From NCBI GenBank assembly GCA_964373795.1, contig CAYJVY010000001.1:99837-163836 (forward strand): 64,000 nucleotides of DNA, written 5' to 3'. The translations under genes were made by a program, and so were the position numbers. The notes beneath the pieces were generated by a model, which was given only the letters and a program-made list of their open reading frames with translations, made no database searches and was not told where the DNA came from. The stretch comes from an uncultured archaeon (GTDB lineage: Archaea; Iainarchaeota; Iainarchaeia; Iainarchaeales; DATDZZ01). Positions 55,663 through 64,000 of the stretch are shown here, piece by piece (positions within the stretch are counted from its first letter, which is position 1; every line of letters begins with the position of its first letter).

Positions 55663-58600
55663 ATGGATTATATAAAGCAAATAAAGGACACTATTTTGGA
55701 ATCGCTTCCAAAAGAAGCACTAGTTACTACAGTTGATTTAGAGGGCCCAGAAATAGCTATTTATACTAAAAACCCTAAAATGTTTTTTGAAAACCAAAAC
55801 CTAGTAGCAAAAGCAGCATTTGATTTAAAGAAAAGAATTAACATTAGAACAGATAAAAGTCTTTTAACTGAAGAAAACAAAGCAGAAAAAACAATTAGAG
55901 AAATTGTTCCACAAGACGCAGACATTAGAGACATTTCATTCAATCCAGCTTTTTCAGAAGTAGTAATTGAAGCAATTAAGCCAGGACTAGTAATTGGAAA
56001 AGGCGGAGAAACATCCAAGCAAATTATTTTAGAAACAGGTTGGACTCCAAACATTATTAGAGCTCCTACTTCTCCTTCAAAGATTTTGAAAGGCTTGCGA
56101 AACCATTTACATAAATATTCTAGTGAAAGAAAAAAAATTTTGCAAGACATTGCAAGAAAAATTTATGCTGAACGATCCGAAAACGCTAAGAATTGGATTA
56201 GATTACATGCTTTAGGTGCTTTCAGAGAAGTTGGAAGAAGCTGTGTATTTGTTGAAACCCCTTATACAAAGGTTTTACTTGATTGTGGAGTAAATGTTGC
56301 AAACAACGCAGAACCATATCCTTATTTAGATGCTTTAAATTTTTCAGTTGACAGATTAGATGCAGTAATAATTTCTCATGCTCATTTAGATCATTCTGGA
56401 ATGCTTCCATATCTTTTCAGACTAGGTTATAGAGGCCCGGTTTATTTAACAAAGCCTTCAAGAGACTTAATGTGTTTACTTCAATTTGATTATATTGATG
56501 TATTAGTTAAAGAAGGAAAAGAACCTCCTTACACTGAACAAGACATTAAAGAAATGATTAAGTACTGCATTACTCGTGAATACAGGGAAGTAACAGATAT
56601 TGCTCCAGACATGCGTTTAACTTTTCACAATGCCTCTCATATTCTTGGCTCGAGTTCAGTTCACTTGCATATAGGAAATGGTCAACACAATTTAGTTTAC
56701 TCTGGAGACATTAAATTTGGTTTTACTCGTTTATTTAATGATCTTGATTTAAATTTTCCAAGAATTGAAACACTAATAATTGAATCAACTTATGGATCTA
56801 AAATGGATCTTCATCCTAAAAGAATGGATGCAGAAAAAAACTTAATTCAAGTAATTAAGGAAACAATTCAAACAGGTGGAAATGTTTTAATTCCAGTTTT
56901 CGCTGTTGGAAGAGCTCAAGAAATAATGCTTGTATTAGAAGAAGGCTATAAAAGAGGAGAACTAGATGGAATAAATGTTTACGTTGATGGAATGACTAAA
57001 GAAGCTTCAGCAGTTCACACTGCTTATCCTGAATACTTGAGAAGCAAAGTTCAAAGAAGAATTCTTCAAAACGATTCGCCTTTTACTTCAGAAATATTTA
57101 AAGAAGCAACTTGGGATCAAAGAGATGAAATTCTTGCAAAAGGTTCAGCAGTAATTCTTGCTTCTTCTGGAATGCTTACAGGAGGAGCTTCACTTGATTA
57201 CTTAACTAAAATGTCTTCAGATCCAAACAATACAATAGTGTTTGTTGGATTTCAAGGACAAGGATCAACTGGAAGAAAAATTCAATCAGGAATTAAAAGC
57301 TTTCCAATTACAGCTGAAAACAGTAAAACAAAAGAATTAGTAATCAATATGCGAGTTGAAACAATTGAAGGATTTTCAGTTCCATATGAAACAGATGTAA
57401 TGATTAAAAGAAATAATTTGTTTGAATTAATTGAAATTGGAAAACTAGCAGATGAATTTCTGCCAAAAACCTCTGAAGGTTTAGTGGAGTTAAAAAGAAT
57501 TCAAGTTCCTGCATTTGATTTCAACGGAAAAATTTCTTGGCATGCTGTAAGCCATTTATTGAAGCATAAAAGTAAAGACAATCACTTGCTTTTTAAAACA
57601 AAATCTGGAAAAGAAATCCAAGTATCTAAAGGGCATAGCCTGTTTTGCTTTAAAAATAAGGCAATTCAAGCCTTGCCTGCAAACAAATTAACTACTGGCT
57701 CTCACATTGTAATTCCAAATAAATTGCCTGAATCTCACTCAATTCATTCAATTCAATTCCAAGAATTTGTTGACAATAAAAATTATGTTTTAAACGAAGA
57801 GCTTAACAAATTTGAACCAATGAAAGGTGGAAACAAAAAATCCTTTTTAATTTCTGAATGCAAGGATATGAAAAAACTTGCAAGGTTTTTAGGATATTAT
57901 ATTTCTGAAGGAAACATTGAAAAAGGAAAAGGCAATAGAGCAATTTTAAGCTTTGGAGCACATGAAAAAAACTTAATTGAAGATGCAATTGATTGCAGTA
58001 AAACTTGTTTTGGAATAACTCCAACCATTCATAAGCCTCACAAAACCGAAACACAGCTAAGGATCCATAATAAAATGTTGGTTGAATTTTTGGAACAAAT
58101 TGGTTGTGGTGAAAGAGGTTCAAGCAAAAGAGTTCCAAAAATTGTTTTAAATTTTTCAATTGAAGTTCAAAAAGAATTCTTGAAAGCATATTTTGAAGGC
58201 GATGGTTATATATACAAGAATGGAGGAAAAGGTTATCTGGCTGCAAAATCCATTAGCAAGAAACTTGTTTCAGATCTTTCCTATCTTCTTTTACAACACG
58301 GAATTGTTCCAAGAATTAAAGGTCCAATAAAAGAAAAAGCAAGGGAATTGAATGGTAATTTCTTGAAAGAATCAATTATTTTCAAAATATATTTGTCTGA
58401 AAAAGACTTTACAAAAATTCAAAGAAATATTGGCATTGCTCCGTTTGCATTGCCTTTAATTGAAATTAATTTGAGGAGCTGGTATACTGCAATATCTAAT
58501 CCAAAACTAAGAAAATTAGCTAATGCTTACATTAACGCTCTTGAAAAAAAAGGAAGAAGCTATATTGGATTACATGTTTTGAGACAGTTTTTGAATGCCT

Positions 58601-58974
58601 TAAATGAATCAAAGTTGAATAAAAAAACTCTTGAATTAATTTCAACACTAAAATGCTTATCTTTAAACGACATTTTAGTTGACGTGATTACAGAAATAAA
58701 AGAAGTTTCTTCAGGAGAATTTGAATACGACTTTGTTGTTCCAGGCAAAGAAAATTTTGTTGGAGGTTTTGGTGGAATAATGCTTCACAATTCAGGGCAC
58801 AGTGACAGATCAGAATTAACTAATTATATTCGCACTCTAAAAATTAAACCTAAAAGAGTAATAGTTGACCACGGAGAAAAATCTAAAGCAATTGAATTCG
58901 CGAAATTCATTACAGCTAAATTCAAAATCAATTCCACTGCATTACAAAACCTTGATGCAATAAGGTTAGAGTAA
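55663..58974 (+). CDS. aCPSF1 (KH + metallo-beta-lactamase + beta-CASP ribonuclease) interrupted by an intein
   Basis: Two N-terminal KH domains, MBL HAHLDHSG, beta-CASP. The extein is 631 aa, against about 635 expected. The intein is inserted inside the GF|SGHSD His-motif C. Confidence 0.8.
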   Translation: MDYIKQIKDTILESLPKEALVTTVDLEGPEIAIYTKNPKMFFENQNLVAKAAFDLKKRINIRTDKSLLTEENKAEKTIREIVPQDADIRDISFNPAFSEVVIEAIKPGLVIGKGGETSKQIILETGWTPNIIRAPTSPSKILKGLRNHLHKYSSERKKILQDIARKIYAERSENAKNWIRLHALGAFREVGRSCVFVETPYTKVLLDCGVNVANNAEPYPYLDALNFSVDRLDAVIISHAHLDHSGMLPYLFRLGYRGPVYLTKPSRDLMCLLQFDYIDVLVKEGKEPPYTEQDIKEMIKYCITREYREVTDIAPDMRLTFHNASHILGSSSVHLHIGNGQHNLVYSGDIKFGFTRLFNDLDLNFPRIETLIIESTYGSKMDLHPKRMDAEKNLIQVIKETIQTGGNVLIPVFAVGRAQEIMLVLEEGYKRGELDGINVYVDGMTKEASAVHTAYPEYLRSKVQRRILQNDSPFTSEIFKEATWDQRDEILAKGSAVILASSGMLTGGASLDYLTKMSSDPNNTIVFVGFQGQGSTGRKIQSGIKSFPITAENSKTKELVINMRVETIEGFSVPYETDVMIKRNNLFELIEIGKLADEFLPKTSEGLVELKRIQVPAFDFNGKISWHAVSHLLKHKSKDNHLLFKTKSGKEIQVSKGHSLFCFKNKAIQALPANKLTTGSHIVIPNKLPESHSIHSIQFQEFVDNKNYVLNEELNKFEPMKGGNKKSFLISECKDMKKLARFLGYYISEGNIEKGKGNRAILSFGAHEKNLIEDAIDCSKTCFGITPTIHKPHKTETQLRIHNKMLVEFLEQIGCGERGSSKRVPKIVLNFSIEVQKEFLKAYFEGDGYIYKNGGKGYLAAKSISKKLVSDLSYLLLQHGIVPRIKGPIKEKARELNGNFLKESIIFKIYLSEKDFTKIQRNIGIAPFALPLIEINLRSWYTAISNPKLRKLANAYINALEKKGRSYIGLHVLRQFLNALNESKLNKKTLELISTLKCLSLNDILVDVITEIKEVSSGEFEYDFVVPGKENFVGGFGGIMLHNSGHSDRSELTNYIRTLKIKPKRVIVDHGEKSKAIEFAKFITAKFKINSTALQNLDAIRLE
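57376..58791 (+). other. Intein (472 aa) with LAGLIDADG homing endonuclease inside aCPSF1
   Basis: Block A SVPYETDVM (Ser1), C-terminal block G VGGFGGIMLHN followed by extein +1 Ser. LAGLIDADG motifs FLGYYISEGN and FLKAYFEGDGYIY. Confidence 0.7.
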
Positions 58975-59210
58975 CGCCGCTGACTTTTTGCGATTTTCTG
59001 AGATAGGTACATTTGTAAGAGAGTCTTTAACCAAAATAACCACTTCTTCTTTAGGATTTTCTAATTGTCCAGTAAAGGAGTAATTAATAAAGATCCAATT
59101 AACAAAAACCCAGAAACAACCATTAAAAAATTTATCAAAATCATTTTCAAAATTAGTATTTTATTACATATTTAAGCTTATTGAACTAAAGAGACAAATT
59201 GTAATATTAT

Positions 59211-59465
59211 TTATTCTTTTAATAATTTATCTGGGTTGATTTTGAAGTCTAGTTTTTTTAAAGGTATGTCATATGATTTTAATCTGTTTTTGATTGTTGA
59301 AAGAACCTCATAATAAGCCAGCACTCTTCCTTCTTGAAATAATTTGTCTTCTTTCTTTTTAGCAGTTTTAACATCTTTTTTGGCTTCAATAGCGTAATCT
59401 GTCAAAGACATTATTATATCTGCTAAAACACCACTATACTCATTTTCTTTTTTCATTTTCAACAA
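59211..59465 (-). CDS. Hypothetical protein
   Basis: 84-aa ORF. Confidence 0.3.
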   Translation of the reverse strand: MLKMKKENEYSGVLADIIMSLTDYAIEAKKDVKTAKKKEDKLFQEGRVLAYYEVLSTIKNRLKSYDIPLKKLDFKINPDKLLKE

Positions 59466-59677
59466 AATATTGTTCTACCAATATTCTTATTAAATCATAA
59501 AGGATGGACTGCTGGAAAAACCCGCGCAATAATTAATTCTCTTATTACATCTAAAACAGTGAAATCAAAAAAATTACTTAAAAATGGTGGAGCAGTAAAA
59601 CTGGTTAAATTAATTGACTAGTTTTATCTAATTTTTTCAACTTACATTTTAAATTGTTTTTGTAATGAAAACTTTTA

Positions 59678-60385
59678 ATGCCGGAATTTTTTTTTATTGA
59701 ATGTGATGGAAAAGTTTTCTTAATTGAAAAAAATAATAAATTAATTTTTCCTTCACGTAAAAAAGAATTTAATTTTAAAATAAATATTTTAAGAGAGTTT
59801 TCTTTGCATGAATCCAAGTTTTTTTTCTGTGAACCAGTTTTAGAAAAATATCCAGATGAATGGTTGTTTAAAAAAGATGCCTTGCTTTCAGATAAGTCTT
59901 CTAAAATAGTGAAAGAAGCAATTTATTTTACTTCTTTTACTTGGGTTGTTGGAAGAGCAGTTGTAGTTGACGGCAAAGGAAAAATGCTTGTATTAAAAGG
60001 GGGCAGAGGAATAAATAAAGGAAATTTCACTACTCCTGGAGGAATAGTTGTTTACGGTGAAACAACTCAAGAAACCGCTTTGCGGGAATGCATAGAAGAA
60101 TGCGGTTTAAAAATTGAAATAATTAAATTACTTGGGATATTGGATGGCTTGGATAAAATTGGAATGCAAAGAGTTACCTTTGTTTATTTATGTAAACCAA
60201 TTTCCGGCAAGCTTTCTCCAAACATGGATGATGTAGTTGAAGCAAAATGGATGCCAATAAAAGATGCTCTTGAAAAATTTTCATATTATTCTTTTAATGT
60301 TTTCAAGAACTGGATTCAAGTCAATCCAAAAGAAGCAAAAAAATTAACTGGATTTAATTTTGAGAAGCAAGCAAGCCGGCAGTGA
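59678..60385 (+). CDS. Nudix hydrolase
   Basis: Nudix box GGIVVYGETTQETALRECIEECGL. The true start may be an internal Met. Confidence 0.6.
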   Translation: MPEFFFIECDGKVFLIEKNNKLIFPSRKKEFNFKINILREFSLHESKFFFCEPVLEKYPDEWLFKKDALLSDKSSKIVKEAIYFTSFTWVVGRAVVVDGKGKMLVLKGGRGINKGNFTTPGGIVVYGETTQETALRECIEECGLKIEIIKLLGILDGLDKIGMQRVTFVYLCKPISGKLSPNMDDVVEAKWMPIKDALEKFSYYSFNVFKNWIQVNPKEAKKLTGFNFEKQASRQ

Positions 60386-60587
60386 AATGAGGGCTTAACC
60401 TTTAAAGCTTTTTCCAATTGTGAACAATTCCTTTTTATTTCTTTCTGTTAACTTCTTTAATATAAATTATATATTTAGATATATAAATCGATTTTTCTCC
60501 TGAGCGTGAAAAGAGTTGTTAAACAATTTCCATATTTTAGTGTATTAACTTAAGTTAACTTGTAGAGATCTCTCTGGAGAAGCTTTT

Positions 60588-60675
60588 CTTTGGAAAAGAA
60601 AACCTTGGAAAAGAAACATGCCTTGGAAAATGCTTTGAAAAAAGCATTGGAAAAGAAATTGAAAAGAAATTTGAG
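60588..60675. repeat. Imperfect tandem TTGGAAAAGAAA-like repeats in the rpoH leader
   Basis: ctttggaaaagaaaaccttggaaaagaaacatgccttggaaaatgctttgaaaaaagcattggaaaagaaattgaaaagaaa. Confidence 0.65.
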
Positions 60676-60678
60676 GGA

Positions 60679-60918
60679 ATGATTTTGACTCTAGAATCTC
60701 TTTTAGAACATGTTTTGGTTCCGAAACACGAAGTAGTTCCAAGAACTCAAGTTCAAGAAGTATTAGAAAAATATGGAATTACTTTGGAAAAACTTGCTTT
60801 AATTTCTGTTGATGATCCAATTGTAACTGAATTGCAAGCAGATAAAGGAGATTTAATTAAAGTTACTCGTTTTAGTCATACTGCTGGGGAAAGCATTTAT
60901 TTTAGATTAGTTGGTTAA
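60679..60918 (+). CDS. rpoH: DNA-directed RNA polymerase subunit H (Rpb5 homolog)
   Basis: 79 aa. HVLVPKHEVV...KGDLIKVTRFSHTAGESIYFR is the conserved Rpb5 C-domain. Confidence 0.8.
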   Translation: MILTLESLLEHVLVPKHEVVPRTQVQEVLEKYGITLEKLALISVDDPIVTELQADKGDLIKVTRFSHTAGESIYFRLVG

Positions 60919-63916
60919 AGGAGAGATTGAATTGAATAACTTGGAATTAATTGATGCTTATTATAGAAGTAAAAAAATTTCTAAAATGGAAATTGATTCT
61001 TTTAATCAATTCTTGGATTTAAAATTAAATGAAATAGTTGATGAAAATAAATTTGTTTCTCCTAAAATGGAGGAAGTAAGAATAGAGTTATCAAAAATAG
61101 AGGTTTTAAAGCCAAGAATAATTGAAGCAGATGGTTCTCCTAGATCAAACTTTTTTCCAATGGAGGCTCGTTTAAGAAACAGAACTTATGCTTCCCCGAT
61201 TTTTTTAACAATGACTTTGCTTAGAAGAGATGTAGAACAAGACGTAAAAAAAGCTTATATTGGGGATCTTCCAGTAATGCTTAAATCAAATCGTTGTTGG
61301 CTTGAAGGAAAATCAGATGAAGAATTAGTTGAAATGGGTGAAGATCCATTAGATTTTGGTGGATACTTTATTATTAATGGATCTGAAAAAGCTTTAATGA
61401 CTCAAGAAGTTTTGGCTTCAGATAGAGTAATGATTGCTGAATCATCTCAAGAGAAAACAATTTCTGAAGTGATTTCAACTCGAGGAGCATTTAAGGGAAG
61501 GACAAGAGTAATTCGTTCTCCAGACGGAACATTAAATGTTACTTTTCCTGCTTCTCCAAAAAAATTAAACTTATATGTTTTATTAAAAGCTTTAGGAATG
61601 AAGTCAACTAATCAAATAACTGATGCTTTTAGTGACTTAAAAGAAATTAGAAACGATGTATTAATTAATTTTGAAAATCTTGACGTTAAAGATGAAGAAG
61701 AAGCATTAGATAAAATTGGAAAATATGTTGCTCCAGGACAAGTAATTGATTATAGATTGAAAAGAGCTCAAGAAGTAGTAGACGCATTTTTATTGCCTCA
61801 TATTGGGCAAAACCCTGAAGACAGATTAGCTAAAGCATACTTTTTATGCATGATGGCTGAAAAAGCAATTGAAAAAGCTAATGGTTTAAGAGGCGAAGAC
61901 GATAAAGATCATTATGCTAATAAAAGAGTTGAATTAAGTGGAAAATTAATGGAGCACTTATTTAGATATGCATTCAAATATTTTATCAAGGACTTGAAAT
62001 TCCAAATTGACAGAACTATTACTCGTAGAAGAAAACTAAACATTTCAACTGTTGTTCGCCCAGGAGCTGTAACTGAAAGAATTCGTTTTGCAATGTCTAC
62101 TGGAAACTGGATTGGCAGAGCAACAGGAGTAAGCAAATTCATGGACAGAGTTAATTACATTGCTCCTTTAACTGATTTAAGAAAAGTTAAATCTCCTTTA
62201 GATAAAAGTCGAGAATTATATGAAGCAAGAGATGTTCATGGAACTCATTGGGGTAGACTTGATTGCATTGAAACTCCTGATGGGCCTCAATGCGTTTCTC
62301 CTGAAACTGAAATGCTTTTAGATGATTATACTGCAATTCAAATAAAAGATTTTGAAGAAATTTGGAGAAACAAAAAAATTTCTTCAATTGATTGGAATAA
62401 AGAAGATAAAAGTGAAGTTAAATCCAGTATTGCTAGATTCATTAAGTTAACTCCAAATAAAAAGGTTTTCAAGATTAAAACTAAGGAAACTGGAAGAGAA
62501 TTAATTGCTACAATTGATCATCCTTTTTACTCTGAATTGAAAGGAAAAACAGATTTAAGCAATTTGCATGAAGGAGAAAGAGTTGCTGTTTTGCCAATTA
62601 AAGCACTTAAATTTGAAAAACCTGTAAAAGAATTAATTTTATCAGAGCAAGACATTATTAATGCATGTCCAGAAAAATCTGATCAAGAACACATTTTAAA
62701 TGAATTAAAATCAAAAAACTTAATTCCGTTTTATTCAGATAATGAAAACATTTTAATTGCTTCAAAAATTTTAGGCCATTTATTTGGAGATGGAAGCTTA
62801 ACTCTTTCAATGAAAAAATTTAAATCCAATTATGCAATTGTTTTTTCTGGAAACAAAGGAGATCTTGAAGACATTTCATTAGATGTTAAAAAACTTGGCT
62901 TTAATGCTTCAAAAATTTCTCAATTAAAAAGAAAATCTATTTTAACTAATGGAAGAATAATTGAAGGAACATCTACTTTAATGCATTGTTATTCAAAGCC
63001 TTTATGGGTTTTCTTTAAAGCTTTGGGAGCGCCAAATGGGGACAAAGTTTTAACAGAATATTCAATTCCTGCATGGATTAAAAATCAAAGAAAAATTGTA
63101 GTAAAAGAATTTTTATCTGCATATTTTGGAAGCGAAATGACTAAACCGCAAGTAGATAAAAGAGATGAAAAAATATTTTTACAGCCAACGTTTTCATTGA
63201 ATAAATCAAAGGACTTGGTTTTAAGTGGAATTAAATTCACTGAAGAATTAAAGGAACTTCTTTCATTATTTGATGTGAACATTTCTAAAACAAAAATTGT
63301 TGACTGTATTCAAAGAAAATCAGGTATTGAAACAAGAAAAATTAAAGTGTTATTTTCTTCCAAGATAGATTCTTTGCTTAATTTGTTTGGATTAATTGGA
63401 TTCAATTATTGTAGAGAAAGAAATAGTTTGGCAAGACTTGCATTTGAATATCTTTTAACTAAAAAAACTTTAATTGAAAAAAGAACTTTATTACAACAAT
63501 CAACAATTAATTTGTCTAATAAAGGCTTTAATGAACAACAAATTTTAAGTGAATTAAAACAAGGCCTGCGATTACATGATGTACTTAATTGGGTTAAAAA
63601 ATCTAAACAAGGAGATGAAATTTCTCCAAGAGTTTCAGAAATTGATTTCCCTAAATTTGATGAATGGATTAGAAGTCATGCGATTTCCGAAAATGGTTTG
63701 TGTTGGGAAACAATTGAATCAATTCAAGAAACAAATTGCAGCGAAGTAATGGATGTAACAACTTTGCAAGATTATCACAATTTTTTTGCAAATGGTTTTT
63801 TAACAGGAAATTGTGGGCTAGTAAAAAATCTGTGTTTATTGGCAGAGGTTACAACAGAGTCAAGTCAAGAACCAGTTGAAAAATTATTGAATGAAATGGG
63901 AGTGAAACTTAAATGA
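60911..63916 (+). CDS. rpoB2: DNA-directed RNA polymerase subunit B'' (N-terminal half of split RpoB) interrupted by an intein
   Basis: 494-aa extein with THWGRLDCIETPDGPQ | CGLVKNLCLLAEV (Rpb2 CGLVKNL motif). A 507-aa insertion sits between Q460 and C+1. Confidence 0.8.
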   Translation: MVKGEIELNNLELIDAYYRSKKISKMEIDSFNQFLDLKLNEIVDENKFVSPKMEEVRIELSKIEVLKPRIIEADGSPRSNFFPMEARLRNRTYASPIFLTMTLLRRDVEQDVKKAYIGDLPVMLKSNRCWLEGKSDEELVEMGEDPLDFGGYFIINGSEKALMTQEVLASDRVMIAESSQEKTISEVISTRGAFKGRTRVIRSPDGTLNVTFPASPKKLNLYVLLKALGMKSTNQITDAFSDLKEIRNDVLINFENLDVKDEEEALDKIGKYVAPGQVIDYRLKRAQEVVDAFLLPHIGQNPEDRLAKAYFLCMMAEKAIEKANGLRGEDDKDHYANKRVELSGKLMEHLFRYAFKYFIKDLKFQIDRTITRRRKLNISTVVRPGAVTERIRFAMSTGNWIGRATGVSKFMDRVNYIAPLTDLRKVKSPLDKSRELYEARDVHGTHWGRLDCIETPDGPQCVSPETEMLLDDYTAIQIKDFEEIWRNKKISSIDWNKEDKSEVKSSIARFIKLTPNKKVFKIKTKETGRELIATIDHPFYSELKGKTDLSNLHEGERVAVLPIKALKFEKPVKELILSEQDIINACPEKSDQEHILNELKSKNLIPFYSDNENILIASKILGHLFGDGSLTLSMKKFKSNYAIVFSGNKGDLEDISLDVKKLGFNASKISQLKRKSILTNGRIIEGTSTLMHCYSKPLWVFFKALGAPNGDKVLTEYSIPAWIKNQRKIVVKEFLSAYFGSEMTKPQVDKRDEKIFLQPTFSLNKSKDLVLSGIKFTEELKELLSLFDVNISKTKIVDCIQRKSGIETRKIKVLFSSKIDSLLNLFGLIGFNYCRERNSLARLAFEYLLTKKTLIEKRTLLQQSTINLSNKGFNEQQILSELKQGLRLHDVLNWVKKSKQGDEISPRVSEIDFPKFDEWIRSHAISENGLCWETIESIQETNCSEVMDVTTLQDYHNFFANGFLTGNCGLVKNLCLLAEVTTESSQEPVEKLLNEMGVKLK
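62291..63811 (+). other. Intein (507 aa) with LAGLIDADG endonuclease inside rpoB''
   Basis: Block A CVSPETEMLL. LAGLIDADG motif 1 ILGHLFGDGSL, motif 2 diverged (FLSAYFGSEM). C-terminus ANGFLTGN followed by Cys+1, with the penultimate His replaced by Gly. Confidence 0.65.
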
Positions 63917-64000
63917 AGTTATTCCTTTCACTACCAATTTTGTTTTCAATTTCGTTTTCTGGTTGCTTGTATTTAAATGATTTTAGTTCTATGAGTCAAT
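63913..64000 (+). CDS. Partial ORF with lipoprotein-like signal peptide, truncated by the window end
   Basis: MKLFLSLPILFSISFSGCLYLN... overlaps the rpoB'' stop (ATGA). Does not resemble an RpoB' N-terminus. Confidence 0.2.
   Translation, partial: MKLFLSLPILFSISFSGCLYLNDFSSMSQ

Noticed and set aside
59466-59620. Plus-frame peptide ...KGWTAGKTRAIINSLITSKTVKSKKLLKNGGAVKLVKLID*
   Set aside because: No in-frame ATG/GTG/TTG start after the upstream stop. It is probably a chance frame beside the 59211..59465 ORF.

Overview
This is a very AT-rich (roughly 30% GC by eye), gene-dense archaeal chromosomal segment. Archaeal identity is supported by the PolD DP1/DP2 pair, RNA polymerase subunits H and B'', the aCPSF1 beta-CASP RNase, proteasome beta, NAC-alpha, archaeal-type DTD, ScpA/ScpB, SepF, and the thiolase/HMGCS/DUF35 trio. 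Composition and gene content suggest an uncultivated small-genome archaeon, possibly DPANN-like, but I cannot assign a lineage.

Five themes stand out:

- **Isoprenoid precursor supercluster (2.1-23.6 kb).** GGPP synthase, HMG-CoA reductase, HMG-CoA synthase-thiolase-DUF35, mevalonate kinase, an ERG8-like phosphomevalonate kinase, an MVD-family decarboxylase and a type-2 IPP isomerase are all here, interleaved with PPDK, an ABC transporter and a TrmB regulator. Two of these operons are preceded by a nearly identical 63-bp element.
- **Informational core (46-64 kb).** PolD DP2/DP1, NAC, FKBP, psmB, aCPSF1, rpoH and rpoB'' sit here. aCPSF1 and rpoB'' each carry a full-length LAGLIDADG intein inserted exactly at a catalytic or conserved motif.
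- **Small accessory islet (about 38.5-42.6 kb).** It holds a DedA-like membrane protein, a standalone IS200/IS605 TnpB, an AbiEi/AbiEii-like (COG5340/COG2253) nucleotidyltransferase toxin-antitoxin pair with apparently shifted codon usage, a frameshifted HsdR-N (PD-ExK) nuclease remnant and a mini Zn-ribbon ORF.
- **pLGIC.** A clear GLIC/ELIC-type pentameric ligand-gated ion channel homolog lies at 32.2-33.1 kb.
- **GC-rich structured island.** A roughly 260-bp GC-rich, hairpin-dense island at 31.84-32.10 kb looks like a structured ncRNA, possibly SRP RNA, rather than coding sequence.

No rRNA, convincing tRNA or CRISPR array was found. Every functional call rests on motif recognition by eye plus the ORF track; no database search was run.
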